From positions 64,001 through 128,000 of the forward strand of contig CBDCWI010000002.1 in NCBI GenBank assembly GCA_965223325.1: a stretch of DNA of 64,000 nucleotides. The letters are read 5' to 3'. The translations under genes were made by a program, and so were the position numbers. This stretch comes from Candidatus Multivoradales bacterium (GTDB lineage: Bacteria > Acidobacteriota > Thermoanaerobaculia > Multivoradales > Multivoraceae). The notes beneath the pieces were generated by a model. That model did not search any database. It saw nothing but the letters and a program-made list of their open reading frames with translations, and was not told the DNA's origin. Positions within the stretch are counted from its first letter, which is position 1. The number at the start of each line of letters is the position of its first letter. Of this stretch, positions 19,370 through 28,991 are shown in pieces.

Positions 19370-19535
19370 CTAGTACCCCGTACCATTGAAACGGATAGTG
19401 GCTGGTGGATGATCGTGCTCGAGATCAAGGCGTCACGACGCAGGCATATTGGTGATCTGTCGAGGAGTGATAACACAGAGATCGAGCGCGAGGACCGCGC
19501 AGACGCTGTGCGTTTCAATGGTACGGGGTTACTAG
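19370..19535. mobile_element. MITE copy 2 (166 bp including terminal CTAGs)
   Basis: About 11 differences from copy 1 by manual alignment; TIR CTAGTACCCCGTACCATTGAAACG / CGTTTCAATGGTACGGGGTTACTAG, with one extra T in the right arm. Confidence 0.9.
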
Positions 19536-19631
19536 TATAGGGCCACTGGCGGAAGGACCCAAAGGGCGGAGAGCCTCCCGCCTTTGCTGCTCGAGGCCCC
19601 CCGCGCCGAGCGTGCGATGAAGGATCACACG

Positions 19632-21422
19632 ATGGATTCCACAGCGTCAGCAGGCAGTCCGGTCAGTCCGGTCGATCCGATTGATGCGGAGCTGTTTCGA
19701 AACCGCTTCTCGAACCTCGCGCGCGAGATGGGCGAGGTTCTCTCGCGGACCGCGCTCTCGGTCAATGTCAAAGAGCGCCTGGACTTCTCGTGCGCCTTGC
19801 TCGACGCGCGCGGGCGGCTGGTCGTCAACGCGCCGCACATTCCGGTTCATCTCGGCGCGCTGGGTCTGTGCACCCGCACCGTAGCGGCAGCCGTGACGAT
19901 GAATCCTGGCGACACCGTGGTCACCAACCATCCCCAGTATGGCGGTTCGCACCTGCCCGACGTGACCCTGATCACGCCGGTCTTCCACGGTCCCCCAGAG
20001 AGCCAAGAGCTCCTCGGTTACGTCGCCAACCGCGCTCACCACGCGGAGATCGGCGGCTGCCGACCCGGTTCGATGCCCCCCTTTGCCGAGAACCTGGCCG
20101 ACGAGGGTGTCGTCATCTCGCCGATCAAGCTCCTGGCGGGTGGCGTGCCGGCCTGGGAAGTACTCGAGCGCACATTGACCAGCGGCCCCTGGCCATCGCG
20201 GGCTCCCGACCTCAACCTGGCGGACCTGCGCGCCGGCCTCGCCGCCAACGAACGCGGCGTGCGCGCCCTCCTCGAACTCGCCGACACGCACGGCAAGACC
20301 CTGGTCACCGAGCACATGCAGGCCCTGCAACAGCACGCCGCCTCCCGTGCCCGTGCGGCTCTCGGCGAGCTCCCCTCCGGGGTGTACCGTGCCCGCGACT
20401 CCTTCGACGACGGGACACCCATCGAGGTTGCCATCCACGTCACCCATCCCGAGAAGGGCGAAGGCAGGGCCGTCATCGACTTTGCAGGCACCGGTCCCAC
20501 ACACCCCAAGAGCCTCAACGCGCCGCGTGCGGTGACCCAGAGCGCCGTTCTCTACGTTCTGCGGCTGATGGTCAAAGAGGCGTTGCCCCTCAACGAAGGC
20601 CTGCTCGAGCCAGTGGAGATCAAGGTCCCGCCCGCCACCTGCCTGTCGCCCACCTTCGACGACGATCCAACCCAATGCCCGGCCGTCGTCGGCGGCAACG
20701 TCGAAGTCAGCCAGCGAGTCGTCGAAGTCATGCTGCGCGCGCTTGGCCTCGCCGCCGCCAGCCAAGGCACGATGAACAACACCCTGTTCGGCAACCAGAG
20801 CTTCGGCTACTACGAAACCATCGGCGGCGGAAGCGGCGCCACCTCCGAGGGTTCAGGCGGATCCGCCTTCCACGTCCACATGACCAACACCAGAATCACC
20901 GACCCTGAAGTCCTCGAACACCGCTACCCGGTGCGCCTCGAGCGCTTTGCAATCCGTCAGAACTCGGGCGGCGTTGGCCAGCACCGAGGCGGCAACGGCC
21001 TCACCCGTCACATCCGCTTCCTCGAACCAGTAGAAGTCTCCATCCTCAGCCAACAGAGAGGCCAAGGCCCAAAGGGCATCGAAGGCGGTGGCCCCGGCGC
21101 CCCCGGTCGCCAGGAACTGAGAAGAGCGAGCGGGGGGAAGGAGCCGCTAGAAGCCCTGGCCGCAGTCGAGGCCAATGCGAACGACGTCCTGGTGATCGAA
21201 ACCCCAGGCGGCGGCGGCTGGGGAGAAACCAGCCAATCCGTGGGCGCGCGCAGCGATGCCCATCCGGGCCGCCAGCACATCAATACTGATCAAAGTCGCG
21301 CGCCAAGCGACCCGCGGTCCACAGGCACAGGTGCAGGGCGGTCGCCGTGGCCGTCGACATGCGCCTTGGATCGCTTGCGACTTGCCCCCTTGGGGGGTAC
21401 CAGGGGGGAGAATGCTTTTTGA
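19632..21422 (+). CDS. 5-oxoprolinase/hydantoinase B half
   Basis: [83 protein letters not shown]. Confidence 0.9.
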   Translation: MDSTASAGSPVSPVDPIDAELFRNRFSNLAREMGEVLSRTALSVNVKERLDFSCALLDARGRLVVNAPHIPVHLGALGLCTRTVAAAVTMNPGDTVVTNHPQYGGSHLPDVTLITPVFHGPPESQELLGYVANRAHHAEIGGCRPGSMPPFAENLADEGVVISPIKLLAGGVPAWEVLERTLTSGPWPSRAPDLNLADLRAGLAANERGVRALLELADTHGKTLVTEHMQALQQHAASRARAALGELPSGVYRARDSFDDGTPIEVAIHVTHPEKGEGRAVIDFAGTGPTHPKSLNAPRAVTQSAVLYVLRLMVKEALPLNEGLLEPVEIKVPPATCLSPTFDDDPTQCPAVVGGNVEVSQRVVEVMLRALGLAAASQGTMNNTLFGNQSFGYYETIGGGSGATSEGSGGSAFHVHMTNTRITDPEVLEHRYPVRLERFAIRQNSGGVGQHRGGNGLTRHIRFLEPVEVSILSQQRGQGPKGIEGGGPGAPGRQELRRASGGKEPLEALAAVEANANDVLVIETPGGGGWGETSQSVGARSDAHPGRQHINTDQSRAPSDPRSTGTGAGRSPWPSTCALDRLRLAPLGGTRGENAF

Positions 21423-21525
21423 GGAGCCGTGGTAACGAGGAGCCGCTAACCGGTACCCGTCCTGTAACCACACAGGATCACACGAGAGCGCGCACCATCG
21501 GCGACCAACCACGGCTCCTCAAAAA
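21416..21525. repeat. 18-bp perfect inverted repeat (110-bp span) carrying the stop codons of two convergent genes
   Basis: TTTTTGAGGAGCCGTGGT (21416-21433) and ACCACGGCTCCTCAAAAA (21508-21525). Confidence 0.8.
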
Positions 21526-22844
21526 ATCCGATGGAAGCCACCACTCCGGTTCGAAAAGCGTGAGTTCACGATGTTGTTGTAGATCGACCCGAAGGTGTAG
21601 CTCAGCCCGATCCCGAGCCGCAGTCTCGTATCCGTCGCTAGCGCCCGCTGTTCGAGCAGCACTTCTTCGTCGGTGGCACCGCCGGCGGGCAAGAAGATCT
21701 GATCGCGCGTCAACGTTGCGCTACCTGTCAGATTGACCGAAAATCCGCGAACGATCCGCCATTCCAGGCGGCCTGCCAGCTCGACGCGATTGAGATCGAA
21801 ATCGTCGAGGTAGTGGGAGGCCTTGAGGTCGATGCTGCTTTCGCCCCAGGGTTGTTCGACATCGAACGCTACGAAGAGGCCCTGGTCGGGCCTGGTCTCG
21901 CTGAGCTCGCCGAAGATGGTCCGCTCTTCGTACTCGAAGCGGGTACCTCCTAGGAAGTAGGCGAACGTCAGCTCTCGTTCTGATGACTGGGAGTAGGGGA
22001 AGACGTTGTACTCAATCGCTGCGGCGAGGCGGTATGACGGATCGAGGTTCAAGAAGGTCGAGCGGCGGGCGGTGACGCCCAGTCCGACCCCCCAGTGCTC
22101 GCCCACCGAGCGGATCAGTCGGCCACCGAAGTCGCTGCCGCGACTGATCGTCCGCAAAGTGTCACCGTCATCGAACTCGAAGTTGGTCTCGCTGTAGGAA
22201 CTGCTGACGCTGAAGCCCATGCGCCAGAGGTCGGTGGTGCGGCTAGCGCTCACCCAGCCGGAATAGGAGCTCGCGTCACGCCTGTCCTCGTCGCGCAGCG
22301 AGGCGCGCCCGTTGATCCGGAAGACCCAAAAGTTCCACGGGTCGTCTGCCGGTTGGGCGGCGGCGAATTCACCGGCGGGAGCGCGATAGCTGATGCGCAG
22401 GTCGGCCGCCAGGGGCGTCTCGAGAAGGTATCGCACCAGGCCGAGCTGTAGAACTCGCGAAAAGCCGCGGCGCTGCTCGTCGTCTGTATCGGTCGAGCTG
22501 ACGTTGTAGAGGAGCACCTGATCTTCGCCCGCGAAAGCTCCGAGACCATGGAAGTTGAGCGTGTACTCGAGACCGGCGCCGGTTCTCTGATTGGTGACCA
22601 GAACGTGAACCTCGGCGTCGGATTTGTCGCGCACGTAGTTGACGTAGACGACGTCGCGACGCAAGAAGTTGAAGTCGCAGCCGCGATCGCAGTCGAGGAA
22701 GACGCGCAGAGCGTCGGTGCTTTCGGCGTCCCGTACGGCGGTTCGTGACCCGCCGTGGGGAGCTGCTCCGAGGCTGGCTGCGGCCACCAGGCCGGCGGTC
22801 AGGAAAGCCAGGCAGCGGAGTGGTTTGGTCAAGGTGAGGTTCAC
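21519..22844 (-). CDS. Putative outer-membrane beta-barrel protein
   Basis: Signal peptide; VFLDCDRGCDFNFLRR; DDPWNFWVF; alternating beta-strands; YTFGSIYNNIVN; terminal Phe. Confidence 0.65.
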   Translation of the reverse strand: MNLTLTKPLRCLAFLTAGLVAAASLGAAPHGGSRTAVRDAESTDALRVFLDCDRGCDFNFLRRDVVYVNYVRDKSDAEVHVLVTNQRTGAGLEYTLNFHGLGAFAGEDQVLLYNVSSTDTDDEQRRGFSRVLQLGLVRYLLETPLAADLRISYRAPAGEFAAAQPADDPWNFWVFRINGRASLRDEDRRDASSYSGWVSASRTTDLWRMGFSVSSSYSETNFEFDDGDTLRTISRGSDFGGRLIRSVGEHWGVGLGVTARRSTFLNLDPSYRLAAAIEYNVFPYSQSSERELTFAYFLGGTRFEYEERTIFGELSETRPDQGLFVAFDVEQPWGESSIDLKASHYLDDFDLNRVELAGRLEWRIVRGFSVNLTGSATLTRDQIFLPAGGATDEEVLLEQRALATDTRLRLGIGLSYTFGSIYNNIVNSRFSNRSGGFHRIF

Positions 22845-22966
22845 GGTTCGATCGTTGGGCCATGGTCGAGGCGTTGCATTCGGCGGCCTAGTGTAGAGGC
22901 AAATGGCGCGCCCCGGCACCGATCATCTGCAGGCGAGGCGCAACCTGCGAACAGGGGGCCGGGTGC

Positions 22967-23458
22967 TCAGCTCTTGCCGGTGACGGCAAAACGGCGCCGC
23001 CACTCCCAGAGCGCGATGCCGACTGCGGTCGAGAGGTTGAGCGACCGCACCGAATCGGCCTCCATGGGGATCTTGACCAGGCGTGTGCGATAGGCCTCTT
23101 TGATCTCGCGGGGGAGGCCGCTGGTCTCGGCGCCGAAGAGTAGAGCAGTGCCAGCGCTACTCTCGGGCTGGGGGTGAGAGTCGCCTTCCCAGAGCGACCG
23201 GGTTGCGTCGGAAGAGAAGAACCACGCCTCGCCGAGCCGCGGGAGCTGCTTCTCGAACTCCGACCACGCCTCCCAGACCTCAACCTCGACCCGGGGCCAA
23301 TAGTCGAGCCCGGCGCGTCGCACGCGGGCCTCGTCGAGGGAGAAGCCGAGTGGGGCGACGAGATGCAGGGTGGCGCCCGCCGCCAGGCAGGTCCGGCCCA
23401 CCGCGCCAGTGTTCCAGGGGATCTCGGGCTCCACCAGTACAACATGGAGGGCGCTCAT
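22967..23458 (-). CDS. trmL: tRNA (cytidine(34)-2'-O)-methyltransferase, SPOUT family
   Basis: VVLVEPEIPWNTG, RRAGLDYW, LLFGAETSGLP, VRSLNLS. Confidence 0.9.
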   Translation of the reverse strand: MSALHVVLVEPEIPWNTGAVGRTCLAAGATLHLVAPLGFSLDEARVRRAGLDYWPRVEVEVWEAWSEFEKQLPRLGEAWFFSSDATRSLWEGDSHPQPESSAGTALLFGAETSGLPREIKEAYRTRLVKIPMEADSVRSLNLSTAVGIALWEWRRRFAVTGKS

Positions 23459-23492
23459 CGGTGGACTGCCTGCAGAGTGATGGGTCGATTCC

Positions 23493-24818
23493 TCATGGTT
23501 CCTTCCTTGCGACCTCGACCAACGGCAAAGTCGTTCGCGCACAGAGCGCCAGGGTGAGAACGCGCGCCGCCATCAGGGCGACGAGCGCCCACCACAGGAG
23601 CTCGGGTCGTTCGAGCACCACGGCCGCCCAGGCAGGCGGCAGAAAGCAGACTAACGAGAACAACATTGAGTTGCGCAGCACCCTGCCACTGGTGAGCCCG
23701 AGGAAGAACCCATCGAGCACGTAAGCGATCGCGCCGAGGAAGAGGGTTGGAACCAGGAAAACCGACCACCTGCGGGCCAGGGTAGTGACCTCGGCATGCG
23801 AGGTGAGAAGGCCGAGTACGGCTCCGGGTGCGGCGACGACCGGCAAGAGGGCGATTGCGGCCATGACCAGGCCGGCGATCAAGGCGAGACGCAGCAGGCT
23901 CCGCAACATCTGCCCGTCGCGCTTTCCCCAGGCGATCCCAGCGAGCGATTCGGTGGCAAAGGCGCCCCCGTCGATGGCGAAGGCGGCGAGCTCAACGAGG
24001 CGCAGGAGAATGCTGTTGGCGGCCAGGACGGTAGTTCCGAGCAGGGCTGAGAAGTTCGTGAAGCAGGCGAAGGCGGTGATCAAGCCGACCGTGCGCACAA
24101 ACAGGTCACGGTTGAGTTTCATGAGACCCAACAGCGAGTTACGTTCGAGCACCTGGGAAGGGATCCACTCGAGTTCGGCGAGCATTCGCCGGGCCAGCCA
24201 CAGGGCGACGGCGAGCGCTACGTACTGTCCGGCCATCGAGGCCAGACCGGCGCCGCGCGCCGCCCACCCGAGGTGGTAGATGAACAGGAAGTTGAAGGCG
24301 ACGTTCGAGACGTTCGCCACCGCGGTCACCACCAGCGCCCGGCCACTCTGTTCGCGTCCCAGGAACCAGCCGAGCAGGACCATGTTGGCAAGCGCCGCCG
24401 GTGCGCCCAGGATGCGGGCGTTGAAGTAGGAGAGGCCGGCTGCCTCGACTTCAGCGGTGCCGGCGAGAGCAGCGAAGCCGAGAGCGCCGAGCGGCCGGTG
24501 GAAGACCACGAAGAGCGCCGCTGCGCCCGCCGCCAGGACCAGACCGCGCTGCAAAGACAGGCCGATCGCCCGGCGGTCGCGGCGACCGACTGCCTGCGCC
24601 GTCGTGCCGGTAGTTGCCATGCGCAGGAACCCGACGCCCCAGTAGAGGTAGTCGAAGAGCACCGTGGCCAGGGCGACGCCTGCCAGGAAGCGCACGTCGG
24701 GGAGATGCCCGAGCATCGCGGTGTCGACCAGGCCGACCATCGGGACGGTGATGTTCGAAGCGGTGTTGATCGCCGTCAGGCGCCAGAAGCGCGCCGCCAG
24801 GCTCTTGTCGGTCGCCAT
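23493..24818 (-). CDS. MATE family efflux transporter (DinF-like)
   Basis: SNITVPMVGLVDTAMLGHL, FLRMATTGTTAQAVG, LNRDLFVRT, DGGAFATESLAG; alternative start at 24860. Confidence 0.88.
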   Translation of the reverse strand: MATDKSLAARFWRLTAINTASNITVPMVGLVDTAMLGHLPDVRFLAGVALATVLFDYLYWGVGFLRMATTGTTAQAVGRRDRRAIGLSLQRGLVLAAGAAALFVVFHRPLGALGFAALAGTAEVEAAGLSYFNARILGAPAALANMVLLGWFLGREQSGRALVVTAVANVSNVAFNFLFIYHLGWAARGAGLASMAGQYVALAVALWLARRMLAELEWIPSQVLERNSLLGLMKLNRDLFVRTVGLITAFACFTNFSALLGTTVLAANSILLRLVELAAFAIDGGAFATESLAGIAWGKRDGQMLRSLLRLALIAGLVMAAIALLPVVAAPGAVLGLLTSHAEVTTLARRWSVFLVPTLFLGAIAYVLDGFFLGLTSGRVLRNSMLFSLVCFLPPAWAAVVLERPELLWWALVALMAARVLTLALCARTTLPLVEVARKEP

Positions 24819-25060
24819 CTCGTTTCTCGGGGCACTTCTCGTGGCCCTCTCGGAGGGCACCTCAGAGAATCGGGGTGCGGGCTCTCGAAAGAGACCGTGG
24901 CAGCGGCCGGCTCAGAGGCCTGCTGTACGATCCCGGCTGACTCTCGAAAATACCTGAAGAAGCGGGCTGTGCCTCTCGCCTTCGGGGAGCCCTGGCCACT
25001 CCCTGGAGGTGGAGTTCATGACGGCAGCCGAAGGGAGCGCCTACCCTGAACAGACTCGCA

Positions 25061-25600
25061 GTGTTGATCGACCGCCTACAGGGCCGGCTGGGGACGGCAG
25101 TGTCGTGGCTGTTGCTGTTGATGATTCTGCTCGGCGCGTTCAATGCTGTGGCGCGTTACCTGGGGCGGTCACTGGGCACCAACTTGAGCTCGAACGCCTG
25201 GCTGGAAGGGCAGTGGTACCTGTTCAGCATCGTCTTCTTGTTCGCCGCACCCTACGCCCTGGTCCGCGACAGCCACGTACGCGTCGACGTCCTCTACAGT
25301 CGACTGAGTGAGCGTACGAAGGGGCTCATCGACTTCCTGGGTTCGGTTCTTTTTCTCATTCCCTTCGCCTCCTTTGCGGTCGTGTTGTCGATTCCGACGG
25401 CCATGAACTCGTGGCAGGTGCGGGAAATGTCCTCAGACCCCGGCGGCCTGGCGCGCTATCCACTCAAGGCACTGGTGCCCATCGCCTTCGCGTTGCTGGC
25501 AGTCCAGGGCGTCTCGGAAGCATGGAAGGCGTGGTGTCGGTACCGAGGGTTCGAGATCGAACCCGAGGATGCCGGTGGGCAACACGAGGAGACCTCATGA
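25061..25600 (+). CDS. dctQ: TRAP transporter small permease
   Basis: NAVARY, WLEGQWYLF, HVRVDVLY, EMSSDPGGL; the true start may be CTG at 25046. Confidence 0.88.
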   Translation: MLIDRLQGRLGTAVSWLLLLMILLGAFNAVARYLGRSLGTNLSSNAWLEGQWYLFSIVFLFAAPYALVRDSHVRVDVLYSRLSERTKGLIDFLGSVLFLIPFASFAVVLSIPTAMNSWQVREMSSDPGGLARYPLKALVPIAFALLAVQGVSEAWKAWCRYRGFEIEPEDAGGQHEETS

Positions 25601-26916
25601 ACGAGTGGCTCGGACCGCTGATGTTCGTGGTGGTGTTTCTGTTCATCTTCTCGGGCTATCCGGTGGCGTTTTCGCTCGGCGGCACGGCGCTGGCCTTCGC
25701 CGGGATCGGTCTCGCCACCGGCTTCTTCGACTTTGCCTATCTCTACGCCTTTCCCGAGCGGGTCTTCGGGGTGATGGCCAACTACGTTCTGCTGGCGGTG
25801 CCGTTCTTCATCTTCATGGGCACGATGCTCGAGCGCTCGCGCCTGGCGGAAGACCTGCTCACCACCATCGGTCAGCTTTTCGGTCGTCTCCGCGGTGGCC
25901 TTGCACTGGCGGTGGTGTTCGTCGGTGCGCTCCTGGCTGCGGCGACTGGGGTCGTTGGCGCTTCGGTGGTGGCGATGGGCATGATCTCGCTGCCGGTGAT
26001 GATGCGCCACAACTACTCACCCGAGCTCGCCACCGGTGTGATTACGGCGTCCGGGACCCTGGGCCAGGTGATTCCACCCAGTGTCGTTCTGGTGGTGCTG
26101 GCCGATCAGCTCGGGGTTTCGGTTGGCGACCTGTTTCTGGGCTCGCTGGTGCCCGGCCTCATGCTGGCCAGCATGTTCGCCCTCTACGTCGCCGGTGTTG
26201 CCCTGGTCAAACCCGCGGCGGCGCCAGCGCTACCCATCGAAGCGCGCCCCAAAGGCATAGTGAGCCTGGCCAAGCGCACGCTCCTGGTGATGATTCCTCC
26301 GCTGGCGCTCATCTTGGTGGTCCTCGGGAGCATTTTCGCCGGCATCGCGACACCGACCGAGGCGGGCGCGCTGGGTGCTGTGGGCGCGATGGTTCTAGCG
26401 GCGGCCAACCGACGGCTGACCTGGAAGGCGGTTTCCGAGACCCTGGATGAGACCACCAAGCTGACCACGATGGTGATCTTTCTGCTGCTGGGCTCGACAG
26501 CGTTTGCTCTGATCTTTCGGGGCTTGAACGGCGACATCTGGATCGAAGACCTCTTGACCAACTTGCCGGGCGGGCGGCTGGGCCTTCTGGTGGTGGCCAA
26601 CCTGGCGATCTTCATTCTGGGCTTCTTCATCGACTTCTTCGAGATCGCGTTCATCATCGTGCCGCTTCTGGCTCCTGCGGCGCGCATTCTGGGGATCGAC
26701 CTGGTGTGGTTCGGAGTGATGATCGGCATGAACCTGCAGACCTCGTTCCTGACCCCGCCGTTCGGCTTCGCAATCTTCTACCTGCGCGGCATCGCCCCGC
26801 CCGAAATCAAGACCACACAGATCTATCGCGGGGTCGTACCCTTCATTGTCATCCAGCTGATCGGTCTGTTCCTGATTTGCGTCTTTCCGCAGCTGGTCAC
26901 CTGGTTCGGGGTCTAG
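25597..26916 (+). CDS. dctM: TRAP transporter large permease
   Basis: GYPVAFSLGG, LLAVPFFIFMG, ASGTLGQVIPPS, ATPTEAGA, QTSFLTPPFG; ATGA overlap with dctQ. Confidence 0.93.
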   Translation: MNEWLGPLMFVVVFLFIFSGYPVAFSLGGTALAFAGIGLATGFFDFAYLYAFPERVFGVMANYVLLAVPFFIFMGTMLERSRLAEDLLTTIGQLFGRLRGGLALAVVFVGALLAAATGVVGASVVAMGMISLPVMMRHNYSPELATGVITASGTLGQVIPPSVVLVVLADQLGVSVGDLFLGSLVPGLMLASMFALYVAGVALVKPAAAPALPIEARPKGIVSLAKRTLLVMIPPLALILVVLGSIFAGIATPTEAGALGAVGAMVLAAANRRLTWKAVSETLDETTKLTTMVIFLLLGSTAFALIFRGLNGDIWIEDLLTNLPGGRLGLLVVANLAIFILGFFIDFFEIAFIIVPLLAPAARILGIDLVWFGVMIGMNLQTSFLTPPFGFAIFYLRGIAPPEIKTTQIYRGVVPFIVIQLIGLFLICVFPQLVTWFGV

Positions 26917-27687
26917 CGAGGGTCGCGGTGCTCGCCGTTTCCTCGGACCGACGGCGTTCCTCGAAGGGGGATCGCGGTCGGCGGTCCTACCACGACCCTC
27001 GCTAGACGTGCTTCCCGGCAAGCAGCGCCTGGCGCTGCGCCTCGGATTCCTTGACCCCGCGTCGGAGCCTGCTTTCTCTGCAGGCGTTTCAGGGGTCAAG
27101 GAATCTAGCGAGGGTCGCGGTGCTCGCCGTTTCCTCGGACCGACAAGCGTTCCTCAAAAGGGGGATCGCGGTCGGCGGTCCTACCACGACCCTCGCTAGA
27201 CGTTCTTCCCGGCAAGCAGCGCCTGGCGCTGCGCCTCGGATTCCTTGACCCCGCGGCGGAGCCTGCTTTCTCTGCAGGCGTTTCAGGGGTCAAGGAATCT
27301 AGCAAGGGTCGCGGTGCTCGCCGTTTCCTCGGACCGACAAGCGTTCCTCAAAAGGGGGATCGCGGTCGGCGGTCCTACCACGACCCTCGCTAGACGTTCT
27401 TCCCGGCAAGCAGCGCCTGGCGCTGCGCCTCGGATTCCTTGACCCCGCGACGGAGCCTGCTTTCTCTGCAGGCGTTTCAGGGGTCAAGGAATCTAGCGAG
27501 GGTCGCGGTGCTCGTCGTTTCCTCGGACCGACGGCGTTCCTCGAAGGGGGATCGCGGTCGGCGGTCCTACCACGACCCTCGCTAGCCGTGCTTCCCGGCA
27601 AGCAGCGCCTGGCGCTGCGCCTCGGATTCCTTGACCCCGCAGTGAAGCCTGTTTTCTCTGCAGGCGTTTCAGGGGTCAAGGAATCTA
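26912..27687. repeat. Tandem array of four 192/194/194/192-bp palindromic units (REP/BIME- or MITE-like)
   Basis: Units start at 26912, 27104, 27298 and 27492. Each has hairpin A (TCTAGCGAGGGTCG...CGACCCTCGCTAGA) and hairpin B (GATTCCTTGACCCC...GGGGTCAAGGAATC). No unique spacers. Confidence 0.95.
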
Positions 27688-27704
27688 CGCTCAGTCTCCG
27701 CCGC

Positions 27705-28913
27705 TCAGTCGCCGTAGGCGAAGTTCTCGTAGCCGTGCTCGGCGGTAGAGAACCAGTTGTAGCTGGCGTCGCGAAACGCCGACCAGGAGTCGAAGGTCTT
27801 CTTGTAGGCCGGATCTTTGCTGGCCTCCTCGTTCATCAACTCGAAGGCGTGGTCGTGTGCGGCGCGGAGAACGTCGTCGGGGAAACGGTGGAGCTCGACG
27901 CCCTCACCGAGCAGTCGAGCGAGCGCCGGTGGGTTGAGCGCGTCATAGGCGGCGAGCATTTCGGTGTTGGCCTCGTATGCCGCGACGGTGAACATCTCCT
28001 GGTAGGTCGCCGGCAGGCTGTCCCAGGCTTTCTGGTTGACGAACGCCGAGAGGGTCGGGCCGGGTTCCCACCAGCCCGGGTAGTAGTAGTGCCTTGCCAC
28101 CTTGTGAAAGCCCAGCTTCTCGTCGTCGTAGGGGCCGACCCACTCGGTGGCATCGATCACTCCCCGCTCGAGGGCGGGATAGATCTCGCCGCCGGCGATG
28201 GTCTGCACCGAAACGCCGAGGCGGCTCATGACTTCGGCTCCGAGACCGGGAATGCGCATCTTGAGTGCCGACAGCTCGCTGAGCGAACTGAACGGTTGGC
28301 GAAACCAACCCCCCATCTGGGTGCCGGTGTTGCCGGCGGGAAAGTTGATGATGCCGAAGTCGCTGAGCACCGAGCGCATGGCGTCGAGACCGCCGCCACG
28401 GAACAGCCAGGCGTTCTGCTGGCGTGCGGTGAGCCCGAACGGCATGGCGGTGTCGAAGGCCAACGCCGGATTCTTGCCGGTGTAGTAGTAGCTCGCGGTA
28501 TGACCGACCTGGACGGTGCCCTGCTGCGTGGCGTCGAGCACCTGGAGCGGTGGCACGAGCTCGCCAGAGGGATGGCAGCGGATCTTGAAGCGGCCCTCAC
28601 TCAGCGCCTCGACCCGCGCTGCCAGGACTTCAGCCGCACCATAGATGGTGTCGAGTGAGCGCGGGAAGCTCGACGCGAGCCGCCAGTTGAGCTTTGGCTG
28701 GCTGACGACTGCTGGTCCACTGCCGGTCTCACTGCCGCAGCCAGCGACCAGACCACCGAGTGCCAGACCACCGAATGAGAGGCCAGTGCCGAGGAGGAGT
28801 CGGCGACGGCCGATGGGTTCGCCGGTCTGGGCCCGATCGGGTGAGGCCGAGGATTCGTTGCACCCTGAACTCGACGAGCCAGACGACGGGTTGGCGGTGG
28901 ACTTCTTCTGCAT
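27705..28913 (-). CDS. dctP: TRAP substrate-binding protein (TakP-like), Tat lipoprotein
   Basis: GRRRLL Tat motif and VAGC lipobox; WRLASSFPRSLD, AGNTGTQMGGWF, KMRIPG, DATEWVGPYDD, YYPGWWEPG. Confidence 0.92.
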   Translation of the reverse strand: MQKKSTANPSSGSSSSGCNESSASPDRAQTGEPIGRRRLLLGTGLSFGGLALGGLVAGCGSETGSGPAVVSQPKLNWRLASSFPRSLDTIYGAAEVLAARVEALSEGRFKIRCHPSGELVPPLQVLDATQQGTVQVGHTASYYYTGKNPALAFDTAMPFGLTARQQNAWLFRGGGLDAMRSVLSDFGIINFPAGNTGTQMGGWFRQPFSSLSELSALKMRIPGLGAEVMSRLGVSVQTIAGGEIYPALERGVIDATEWVGPYDDEKLGFHKVARHYYYPGWWEPGPTLSAFVNQKAWDSLPATYQEMFTVAAYEANTEMLAAYDALNPPALARLLGEGVELHRFPDDVLRAAHDHAFELMNEEASKDPAYKKTFDSWSAFRDASYNWFSTAEHGYENFAYGD

Positions 28914-28991
28914 CCTGCTCTCTCTTTCTCGGGCGGTCGCGGGGTGTCTGAGATCCTACCTGCCTTACGGTTCTGGTACTGGCGTACCCGG

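Noticed and set aside
14417-19535. Composite transposon carrying the TPR and CoA ligase genes into the oxoprolinase
   Set aside because: A MITE is present at one side only; no matching end or target duplication at 14417 beyond a TTAG.
17885-19540. 551-aa + strand ORF, and similar long antisense ORFs opposite mutS, PBP1A, prs and murJ
   Set aside because: Shadow frames of well-supported genes in high-GC DNA, with no recognisable motifs.
27008-27679. Repeated small ORFs (63-126 aa) within the tandem array
   Set aside because: By-products of the GC-rich repeat; no SD, and the frame changes between units.
26912-27687. CRISPR array
   Set aside because: Units are about 193 bp and nearly identical throughout, with no unique spacers and no cas genes in the window.
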